Source: a virus (Duplodnaviria; Heunggongvirae; Uroviricota; Caudoviricetes). From it: DNA of 64,000 bases. The stretch lies in the IMG/VR virus record IMGVR_UViG_3300042894_001948; one strand, written 5' to 3'. The position numbers and the translations under genes are program-made. Positions 10,352-21,100 of the stretch are shown piece by piece. A model generated the notes under the pieces. The model searched no databases and was not told the origin of the DNA. It was given only the letters and a program-made list of their open reading frames with translations. Positions within the stretch are counted from its first letter, which is position 1. Each line of letters starts with the position of its first letter.

Positions 10352-13300
10352 ATGGCAATTGGTCGAATTTCAGGTCCACTCTTAAAGGCAAACCTTCTTC
10401 GCGACGGTGTGAATTTAGCTTTTGAGACTGACTTATTATATTTAGATGTTATAAATGGCCGAGTTGGTATCAAAACCGCCAATCCAACTCATGACTTAAC
10501 TGTTGCTGGTACTACACGTACTACTAATCTTGAAGTTACAACTCAAATTGATTTAGCAACGTTTTCAATTAATAACAACACAATCTCAAGTTCATCGTCT
10601 ACAATTAACTTAGTACCATCCGGTTCTAACCCAATTGTTTATCAATCTAAATTAATTGTTGACAATTTACAACTTTCAACAAACACAATTCAAGTTACTG
10701 AAACTAATAGTAACTTAAACATTACTACAACCGGATCCGGTCAAGTTAATGTTAATTCTAATATGCTCGTTAGTGGTAACTTACACGCAACTGGTAACAT
10801 TACAGCAGATGGTGATATTTTATTAGGAAATGCACCAACTGATAGTGTAACCTTCAACGCTGATATTGCTAGTAATATTGTTCCGGATGTAACAAATACA
10901 TATACGTTAGGTACTGATCCAGCAGCTGGCGGCAACGCATGGGCTACTGCGTACATACACGATATTACTACCGATACTATTACATTAGATACTGCATCTA
11001 TCAATAACATAAATCTTGTATTACCACAAGGTAACGTCATTTATGTTGCTACGACAGGGTTAGATACTAACGGCGGTGTTCATGAACACAACCCATTCTT
11101 AACTATTAAACACGCATTGAGTGCTGCAACATCGGGCACTACTGTATACATTTATCCAGGTACATATTCTGAAATATTTCCGTTAACTATTCCTACAGGA
11201 GTAACAGTTAAAGGCGTTGGACTTAGATCAGTTATAGTTCAACCAACTATCGGCACAATAGATAAAGACGCATTTTTAGTAAATGGTGAAACTACACTTG
11301 AAGATTTAACCATTACTGGATTTAGATTTAATAGTACAAGTGATACAGGTTATGGTATTCGGTTAGCAACTAACTTTACAGTTACTTCTAGAAGTCCTTA
11401 TATTAGAAATGTAACAATCATTACTAAAGGATCTACAGTAAGTGCTAGCGACCCATACGGGTTTGATAGTAATGATGCTGGTAAAGGGGTATTTGCAGAC
11501 GGTAGTGTTGCTAATATATCAAGTAACGAAGTTACTATTTTAATGCACACTGTTACATTTATTACACCAAATCAAGAAGCAATAACTGCAACTAATGGTG
11601 TTAGAATTGAGTTAATTAACTCGTTTACATACTTTGCTGATAAAGGCATGCATGTATATTCCGGTACTTCTGGGTTTGCAGGTTCAGGTTTAACACGATT
11701 AAAGATACCTAATAGAACTGGAACCTGGGAAGTAGGTAACACTGTTAATTATTATGGAACAAACGGAACCACCATACTTGCTAGTGGTACAATTGCTAGT
11801 GTAGATGCTAACTATGTAAACATTACAGGAAAGCAACTTGGCTTTGAATCAATTGGCGATCGTTTAAAAAAAATAATTTATGCTAACGGCAATGCTAAGA
11901 TTTCAACAACCCAATCGAAATTTAGTGGTTCAAGTTTATATTTAGATGGTACAACTGACTTTTTACACATTGTTACTCAACCTGATTTTAACTTTGGCAC
12001 GGCTGATTTTACTATTGAACTATGGGTGTATCGTGTAGGAAATCCAGGGACACTTCAAATATTAGTTGATATGCGTACTTCAACACCTGCAGTTTCACCA
12101 GTTTTATATCTTAACACAGGCAATCAAATAAGTTATGTCGTTAATGGTGCAACTGTCATTACTGGCGCAATTATACAACCTACTACATGGACACATATTG
12201 CACTAGTTAAACATAATAATATTACTAAAATTTATTATGACGGTAATCAAACCGGTGCATCATATGCAGATACAAATAATTATATACAAGGTCCTGTTAG
12301 AATTGGCGCAAGATTTGATGCAACGACTGGATTTAACGGTTATATTGATGATGTAAGGATTTGCAAAGGCGTTGCAAAATACACATCTACACCATTTCAG
12401 ATTCCTACAGTTGCATTAACGAGCGATGCATCAACTGTATTGTTGTTAAATTTTGCCGGAACTAATAATTCTCAAATTATTTTAGACAACGGGTTAACTT
12501 TACAGGATCTTAGATCATCAGCAGGCGGTACTGCAAACAGTATTACCTTTACTAACTATTCTGACTTTGGCGTAGAAGTTCGAGTAATTGGTTCTGCAAA
12601 CGTATATGGTAATTATGGAATATATGGAGACGGTGATGGGATTAATGTTGTATTAATTAGTCACAACTTTTCATACATCGGATCTGGAAAAAACGGTACA
12701 AATGATCCAACCTTACGTATAGACGAAAATGAAGTTGTAGAATTAAATCGTGCATTAATTAATTTTACCTATATTGATAACGAAGGTAATTTTAATGTAG
12801 GTGATTACTTTTCAGTTAATCAAAAAACAGGTGCAGTAACATTTAATGGTACTACTGCTAATTTTGCGTTAACAAATGGTATAACATTTACTGATGGTGT
12901 CTATACTACACTAATAAATGCAGCTGATATTATAACTGGTAATATTAAAATTTATGACAATAATATTGATTCGTTAACTGGCGATATTAATATTTCGGCT
13001 GCAAGTGGCTCAATTAATCTACAAAACAATACACTTATTACCGGCAATTTAGATGTTACTGGAGATGTAACGATTGGCGGCAACATTACTATCGGTAATC
13101 AACCATCAGATACTATTAGCTTTGTTGCAAAAGTTGATAGTGATATTGTACCAACTACAAATATAACATACGATTTAGGTACTGCTGCATTAACTTGGAA
13201 AAATACCTATTTAAATCGTATTGAGATTGATAAGTTAGTAATTGATAATAACACTATTAGCACAACTAATGCAAATAATGATTTAATTTTAACAGCAAGT

Positions 13301-14371
13301 ACAACTGGTAGAATTTATATTCCATCAAACAACGTACAGATTAATAATAATTTAACTGTAACAAATAATTTTACAGTTACAACCGGTACTTCCTATTTAA
13401 AGAATACTACAATCGTTGGTGATATTACACAAACTGGTAATATTAACCAAACTGGTACATTAACTACTATCGGTGATACTACAGTTATTGGTAACATTAC
13501 AACTACCGGCTATATTCAATTACCTAATATTTTATTATCCGGAAATACAATATCAACACATACTACTAATACAGATTTAAGTATTCAAAGTAATGGCACT
13601 GGTAACGTTATTGTAGAAGATTTACAATTTAAAGATAACAACATTACAAGTGTTGGAACAAATACGAACATTATTTTAACACCGCAGAGTACCGGTAGCG
13701 TTATTATCAACTCTACACAAAGTTTGCAAATTCCAGTTGGTACTACATTAGAACGCCCGACTGGTGCAAATGGTATGATACGTTACAACAGTACGTTAAG
13801 TAGATATGAAGGGTGGAACGGTACCTACTGGTTAAAGTTGAGCGGCATACAAGATTTAGATGGCACTACGTATATAACTGCTGAAAATACTCCAGGGGCT
13901 AATGATAACGTATTAAGATTTTATGTTGATAATGCATTAAGAGTTACTATCGACAGCACTAAGTTATATACACCTACTGTACAAACAGATTATATTACAA
14001 TTACTAATAACACAATTAGCCCAATTAGTGCAAATAGTAATCTTAATTTTACAACTACCGGTACCGGTGGTGTTCAATTTGGCAATTTAAAAATTAGAAA
14101 CAACACAATCACAAACATAGTACCAAATGCAATTACTGAAATTGTACAAACAGGTACAGGATATGTAAAAATTAATGGCACCGAGGGTGTAGTTATACCA
14201 TACGGTACAACGAGTAACCGACCAGGAAATGCAACGTTAGGCATGATGCGATTTAACACAGACCTAGATGCAATAGAGATTTACAATGGTTCACTATGGA
14301 TATCTGGTGCAGGTATAACATTTTTAAATGCGTCTGATATTGGTATCAGTTCAGCATTATTATTTGGATAA
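10352..14371 (+). CDS. Large tail fibre/appendage protein with beta-helix and LamG/concanavalin-A-like lectin domain
   Basis: N-terminus closely similar to the 6877 ORF; FGTADFTIELWVY..WTHIALVK..FNGYIDDVRI is a LamG-like signature; RSPYIRNVT. Confidence 0.8.
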   Translation: MAIGRISGPLLKANLLRDGVNLAFETDLLYLDVINGRVGIKTANPTHDLTVAGTTRTTNLEVTTQIDLATFSINNNTISSSSSTINLVPSGSNPIVYQSKLIVDNLQLSTNTIQVTETNSNLNITTTGSGQVNVNSNMLVSGNLHATGNITADGDILLGNAPTDSVTFNADIASNIVPDVTNTYTLGTDPAAGGNAWATAYIHDITTDTITLDTASINNINLVLPQGNVIYVATTGLDTNGGVHEHNPFLTIKHALSAATSGTTVYIYPGTYSEIFPLTIPTGVTVKGVGLRSVIVQPTIGTIDKDAFLVNGETTLEDLTITGFRFNSTSDTGYGIRLATNFTVTSRSPYIRNVTIITKGSTVSASDPYGFDSNDAGKGVFADGSVANISSNEVTILMHTVTFITPNQEAITATNGVRIELINSFTYFADKGMHVYSGTSGFAGSGLTRLKIPNRTGTWEVGNTVNYYGTNGTTILASGTIASVDANYVNITGKQLGFESIGDRLKKIIYANGNAKISTTQSKFSGSSLYLDGTTDFLHIVTQPDFNFGTADFTIELWVYRVGNPGTLQILVDMRTSTPAVSPVLYLNTGNQISYVVNGATVITGAIIQPTTWTHIALVKHNNITKIYYDGNQTGASYADTNNYIQGPVRIGARFDATTGFNGYIDDVRICKGVAKYTSTPFQIPTVALTSDASTVLLLNFAGTNNSQIILDNGLTLQDLRSSAGGTANSITFTNYSDFGVEVRVIGSANVYGNYGIYGDGDGINVVLISHNFSYIGSGKNGTNDPTLRIDENEVVELNRALINFTYIDNEGNFNVGDYFSVNQKTGAVTFNGTTANFALTNGITFTDGVYTTLINAADIITGNIKIYDNNIDSLTGDINISAASGSINLQNNTLITGNLDVTGDVTIGGNITIGNQPSDTISFVAKVDSDIVPTTNITYDLGTAALTWKNTYLNRIEIDKLVIDNNTISTTNANNDLILTASTTGRIYIPSNNVQINNNLTVTNNFTVTTGTSYLKNTTIVGDITQTGNINQTGTLTTIGDTTVIGNITTTGYIQLPNILLSGNTISTHTTNTDLSIQSNGTGNVIVEDLQFKDNNITSVGTNTNIILTPQSTGSVIINSTQSLQIPVGTTLERPTGANGMIRYNSTLSRYEGWNGTYWLKLSGIQDLDGTTYITAENTPGANDNVLRFYVDNALRVTIDSTKLYTPTVQTDYITITNNTISPISANSNLNFTTTGTGGVQFGNLKIRNNTITNIVPNAITEIVQTGTGYVKINGTEGVVIPYGTTSNRPGNATLGMMRFNTDLDAIEIYNGSLWISGAGITFLNASDIGISSALLFG

Positions 14372-14374
14372 AAT

Positions 14375-14707
14375 ATGGCTACATTATTTAGAAACGTATT
14401 ACAAACAGGTATTGGTACAACTGAAACATTAGTACTGACTACTTCATCAAACGCACATAGTACAGTAATTGGATTTAGTTTATCAAATTTAACCAATAGT
14501 ATAGTGCTGGCATCTGTTAGAATTTCAGATACTCAATCATTAACTAGTGCTTTTTTTTTAAAAAACGTAATTTTACCACCTAATCAAAGTTTACGAGTAG
14601 TTAACGGTGGTGAAAAATTGGTTTTAGGACCATCAACAGAAATTTACATACAATCAAATACAGACGATAGCTTAGATTTAGTTATGAGCTATATTGACGT
14701 AATATAA
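14375..14707 (+). CDS. Small beta-sandwich virion protein, paralogue 2 of 3
   Basis: STVIGFSLSNLT..LPPNQSLRVVNGGEKLVL; similar to 5489 and 32331. Confidence 0.65.
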   Translation: MATLFRNVLQTGIGTTETLVLTTSSNAHSTVIGFSLSNLTNSIVLASVRISDTQSLTSAFFLKNVILPPNQSLRVVNGGEKLVLGPSTEIYIQSNTDDSLDLVMSYIDVI

Positions 14708-14717
14708 GGAAACAACA

Positions 14718-15092
14718 ATGACATATTATGTAGGCAGCGATGTTAATCAAACAGACTTATTAGGTGCAAATAATCCTCGCTATTTCTTAGCATTACGTAG
14801 AACAGATGACGGTACTTTATACTTTGCAAAAATAGATCAAATTACAGATACCGATTCAGTTGTAATTAATGAACCTGGATTAGCTAATCAAGATTATCAA
14901 GAATTTGATTACGGTGTTGATTTCTTTGATGGTCGCGATGAAATAACCCATGCAAGAAATTATAAAAATTTAAAATGGGATCAATATAGATGGGATACTA
15001 AAAATATTTTTTATTATATTGACGAACAAGGCAACTTTGTAGTTCGCATTAATCAAGAATATTCGTATCCGGCTGGATCTCAAATAGGATAA
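14718..15092 (+). CDS. Hypothetical virion protein
   Basis: 124-aa ORF with AAGGA RBS inside the structural operon. Confidence 0.6.
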   Translation: MTYYVGSDVNQTDLLGANNPRYFLALRRTDDGTLYFAKIDQITDTDSVVINEPGLANQDYQEFDYGVDFFDGRDEITHARNYKNLKWDQYRWDTKNIFYYIDEQGNFVVRINQEYSYPAGSQIG

Positions 15093-15124
15093 GTACAACA
15101 ATATGAATTTAATAGGATTAAAAA

Positions 15125-18100
15125 ATGGCAGAATTTAAAATTGGCAGGTTCAAATTTGCATGGTCGGGCGCATGGCAAACTAATTATACCTATATCCGAG
15201 ATATGGTTGTACAATTTAATGGTAAAACATATGTTTGTATAGTTCCACATACATCGGACGACTTTAACCAAGATATAGTACATTACACACCTGACGGAGA
15301 GTTTACTCCATATTGGTCGTTAATGATTAACGGTAATACCTGGGTAGGCCCATGGGAACCAACTACTAGTTACGGCACTGGTAACATTGTAATCTTTGGC
15401 GGGTATGTTTACTTGTGTAATACACCTCACACATCTAATAGTACTTTTAGTGATGACAATTGGGATATTTTTGGTCAGTTTACTGTATGGAAAGGCAACT
15501 GGGCGGTTAGTACATTATACGGTATTGGTGACATTGTTAAGTATGGCGGTATGAACTATATATGTTCTGTTACACATACCTCTGCATCAACTATTGATAT
15601 TGGATTAGAAGCTAATATCGCATCATGGGCAATTTTTAATAAAAGTGTTCAATATAAAGGATCTTGGACAGCAGCATATAGATACAAATTAAATGACGTT
15701 GTTAAAGTTGGTTCTAATTTGTGGATTAGTACCGGTGGACATAGTTCAGGTTCTTCATTTTCTGAAACTAATTGGACCTTATGGTTAGCTGGGTTAGAGT
15801 ATAACTCTGTATGGGATAATGTAACTACGTATGATAAAAATGATACTGTTAGATATGGTGGATACTTATATGTTAATAAAACATCAAACAACATTGGAAA
15901 TGCACCATCGATTGAATCAGCTAATTGGACATTATTAACGACTAGTTATGAAATTAAAGATGATTGGAGTACTGCTGTTTCCTACAAAATTGGTGCAGTT
16001 GTACGATATCATGGTCGCGTATATTCAGCTATTGCCAATAGCACTGCGCAAAATCCAGTTGCATTTGCAATATCAACAACATATACTGCTAGTGGAAGTT
16101 TAGGTACAACTCTTAAAGTTAATAGTTCTGCAGGTATTACAATTGGCATGAACGTCATCGGTGCAGGGTTTACCCGTGGTCAGACTGTAGTTTCAATTAT
16201 AGATAATGTTACTGTACAACTCAATGAAGAACCAGATGATGCAGTTGTTAATGCACAACCATTAACATTTAGTGGTGTTAATTACATTTTTTGGAAACTA
16301 ATAATACCAGGTATTAATTGGACTAATAGATGGATTAGCAATACCGAGTATGCAGTTGATGATCTAGTACGATGGAACCAAGGCGTATTCCGTTGTATTT
16401 CAAATCATAGTTCTACTATTTTAAATTCTCCAAATTTAGATACATCAAATGCATTATGGGTGTTGTATATACAAGATGATATTTACAACGGTACAAATAA
16501 TCCTGGTGAATTTTTAACACGTAATAACGGAGTAAACGTTGCATTACCAATTGGTGCGTCTACAAATGTATTAAAAACTGTAGATTCTACACCAACGTGG
16601 TCAAACATCTTTACTACACCAAATGTATTTTATGTAGCAACTAATGGCGAAGATTTACCAACTAGAGGTACTACATGGGACATTCCATGGAAAACCGTTG
16701 CATATGCATGCCAACAAGTAGGCCTAGGAACATTAAATCCAACTGCAAGAGCATTATTATTAAGTAATGTTGAATTTTTAGTTACAGATACATATCAATG
16801 GATGTTATTTCAAAAATATAATAATTATGCTCCGTTTTCATCATCTACTGTCATTGACCAAACTAAAACACTACGTGATGCTAGGTTTATTGTAGCCGCA
16901 TTTATATATGATATTTCTCGAGGTGCAAATAGTCAAACAGTTGCAGCAACATTTACATTTTTTTCAAAAGAAAAAAATAATGCGTTTGTTACTGCTGGTG
17001 TTGCAGCTAATATGCCAATATTCATTGAAGCATTATCAAGATTATTTACAGTAATTAATTTAGTAATGTCTAATACTGCGTTACCGACTAATAACAACTA
17101 CCAATTAATTAATGCTGTTCCGGCACCGATTACTCAAACAATTTTTCCAAATCAATTAATTGAAACGACTGCAGTTTCTAAATTAATAACATTGCAAACT
17201 ATTATTTCTACTGCATTGTTAAATCAAGATACTTCATTAGTGCCGTCGCCTAACCAAGGGTTAGCAGCTACTATTTTTGTAAAATCTGGAACGTATTCTG
17301 AATTGTTACCAATTACTATATCTGCAAATGTTACACTAATGGGAGAAGAACTTAGGAGTACAGTTGTGCAACCTATAGATGCCATTAACACCTTGTGTAC
17401 GCATACTGATGATGACCAGAATTTATTTACAGTTGGCACTACAGTTCATATGGCAGATGGTACTCCTATACAGTTTGTATCAATAAATCCAGTAGGTGAA
17501 TTAAGTACTATATTAGGCGGAGTAACTCCTGGGCAAACATATTATGTAATTGGCAATTCTATTACAGAAACATCGTTTGCAGTAAGTTTAACAGCAGGCA
17601 GTGTTACTCGAGTTACACTTACAAGAAATACAGGATTTATGAATGTATATGGTGGCAACGCATTAAACGATATGTTTTATGTAAGAAATGGCACTAGTAT
17701 ACGAAATATGACACTTACCGGGTTGTTAGGAACGTTAACTGCTCAAAATCAATATTTAACACGTAGACCAACAGGCGGCTCGTATGTTAGTTTAGATCCC
17801 GGTGCAGGTCCTGATGATGTAAGTGCGTGGATTTTTAGAAAATCGCCATATGTGCAAAATGTTACTACTTTTGGAACAGGTGTTACTGGTTTAAAAATTG
17901 ATTCAACCTTGCACAATGGCGGAAATCGATCAGTAGTATGTAATGATTTTACACAAATTATTTCAGATGGTATTGGCATATGGTGTTATGGCGGTAATGC
18001 ACTTGTCGAAGCAGTATCAGTGTTTTCGTATTATGGATACGCAGGATACATGGCAGAAAATGGTGGTAAAATCCGTGCAACAAATGGTAATAGTTCTTAC

Positions 18101-21100
18101 GGTACTTATGGTGTTATATCAGAAGGTTATGATAATTCTGAATCTCCAATAATTGGAACAGTTAATAATCGTGCTACTCAAGCAACTGCTAGTGTAGTAA
18201 GTTCATTAGGAGCAAATTCTAATATTTTAAAAATTCAATACGATCATGCAGGCAGCAATTACAATAATCCTGTAACTAATCTTATTAAGAACAGCAATAA
18301 CTTCCTTACCAATTGGAATATTGATAATTTTGTATCTATTGCGCAAAATACTATTTCACCTTCCGGATTATCAGATGGGTGGATGTTAACTACTACATCA
18401 TCTGCATACGATGCAGGACAAGTAGCACAGCAAATTTCAATTCCACCATCAGGAAAGGTGTTTACAAATATTAGCGGAACAAATATTAGCGGTTCGGGGA
18501 TTGGTGCAACGTTTAATGTTACAGTTACTTCTGCAGAATACGTAGTATCTGTAAATTTACCAGGTTCGGGCTATGTTGTAAATAACACTATTTCTATTCC
18601 TGGCAATTTAGTAGGCGGCAATGCTGGTACAAATGATATTACCATAACTGTTCAATCATTAACAGGAACTGGTATTCAAACTGTAATGTTATCAGGAATT
18701 ATACCATCTAATACAATAGTACCATATACTTTAAGTATATATTGCAAAAAAGGTAATGCAGCAGCAATTTCACTATATGCATTTTTCTTAGGTTCATCTA
18801 CAAAAGGTAGTCAACTTACATATAATTTTAATTCTAACACAGCAACTGTTAGTAGCGAAGATGGCGGCGGCGTAGTTCCTACACAATACTCAGTTATTCC
18901 AATAACAAATGGGTGGTATCGTATTTCATTTACTGTATATGATATATTAGCACTAAACACAACTTTAGAATTTAGAATTTACCCAAGATCTCGAGCAGGT
19001 GGTACTACTGGATATACATATGTATACGGTGCGCAAGTTGAACGAGCATCAACTGCGTCATTCTATTTAGAAACGTCAACTCAACGATATTGCAGTTATG
19101 CTAATTATAGAATTACTGGAGCAGGAACCGGAGTTGTAGTTGAAGGTAACGAAATTAGATCTAATGCAGTATTTCAAGCACGCATTTTTGATACCGGATT
19201 AGGGTTAGGAGGATCTGGTTATATAAATTCATCTAATAATGCCCAAGGTGGCACATCAACATATATTACATTAGCACAATCTGATGTTAACGTTGCTAAT
19301 AACTATGTTGGTATGCGATTATTTGTTAATAGCGGTACGGGAGCCGGCCAATATGGTTACATTGCAGCATATGATACAGTAAGTAAAAATGCGTATGTAT
19401 TAAAAGAATCTATTACACCGTTAGCTATTACAAATACTACAAGTGGAACTAATTTAATAACACTAAATTCGTCTGCAGATGTTACAACCTTATATGTAAA
19501 TCAGCCAATTCAATTTATTCCGGCAACGTTTACTACATCAATAACTTCTGTTGGACAAGATCAAATAACTGTAAGCGTAGCAATTGGTGGACTTATAAAC
19601 ACATTAACTGTTAGTTCTACTGCTAAATTACGAGTTGGTATGGCTATAACGTTTACCGGTACTACATTTAGTAATATAACACCTAATTTCTCTTATTATA
19701 TTGTTAGTATTATTGATACTGCAACAATTAATATTTCGACTTCAAATGGCGGTGTTGTATTAGGATTAGTTTCTGCAATTGGATTAATGACATTAAATTA
19801 TCCAAATTCTACAAGTTATATAATTGGTCCAACAACCAACATGGTTGTAAACTATGCAATCCAGTATACTGGTGCTACAATGGCCGGTATAAAAGTTGGT
19901 ACCACATATTATATACAAGATGTTATTGATTCTACTAATTTTACAATGGCATCGTCATTAGTAAGTATAATTGCAAATGCTACTAGTAGTATTGATAATT
20001 CGTTAACAATTGATACATCAGTAAATTTAAAACCATTTACACCAATTATATTTACAGGTACTACATTTGGCGGAATCGTTGTACATACAAAATATTATAT
20101 ACACAAAATTCCTACCGTAACTAGCATTACATTAACTAGCTCATTACTTTTAAGAACTGCAACTGCAACAACCGAAGTAAGCAATCTAATTACAGTTGAT
20201 TCAACTGCTGGATTTGTAGTAGGCAATCCGATTATATTTGTTGGGCCAGCATTTGGCGGAATTACTAGTGAACAAATATATTATATTCAAGTAGTAAATG
20301 ATGCAGTATCATTTACTATTTCAACTACTACATCCGGAGCAGCATATAATCTATCTAGTGCAACTGGCTCACTAATTGTTAAAACTGCTAATGGAACAGT
20401 GTCATTATCTACAGCAAGTGGTACAATGGTTGGCACAAGTACATCGCCTAAATTAACATTATCGGCAGCATCTGGCAGCATGGTTGGCACATTTAGTGCT
20501 CCGTTATTTGGTGGAGTTACTTCAGGTACTATATATTATGTAAAAACAATTAATGTTGGATCACCCAACACTATTACAATAACTGCTACATCAAATGGAT
20601 CAACTGCAGTGTCAGTAACTACTGCAGTAGGTCTAATGCAAATTGGTGAAGTTGGTTGGGATCATATTAATGCAGGTACTCCGATAGTTACTAATTTTGA
20701 TTCATCTAGTGTATACTTTATAGAACCTAAAATTACAAGTTCTTTACCTAATTTTGAAATTGCATTATCAGTTGCACCATTTGCTAGTGCAATAGGAATT
20801 GCGTATGGTAACAACACATTTATTGCAATTCAAACATCTAGTCAGACTGCATATGCATCTACTAATGGCGAAGTATGGACTAATTTAACTTTACCAGTAG
20901 TTGCAACATGGACTGATATTGCATATGGTAACACATATTGGGTAATTATTTCAAGTGCAGGCACAGGAAGTGGGTCAACTGTATTAGTATCTACAACTAA
21001 TGGAGACTCATGGAAAACTGCATATTTACCATCAATTAGTACGTGGTCTGATCTAGTATACGGTAATGGAACATTTGTTGCTATTACTAGTTCAACAGCA

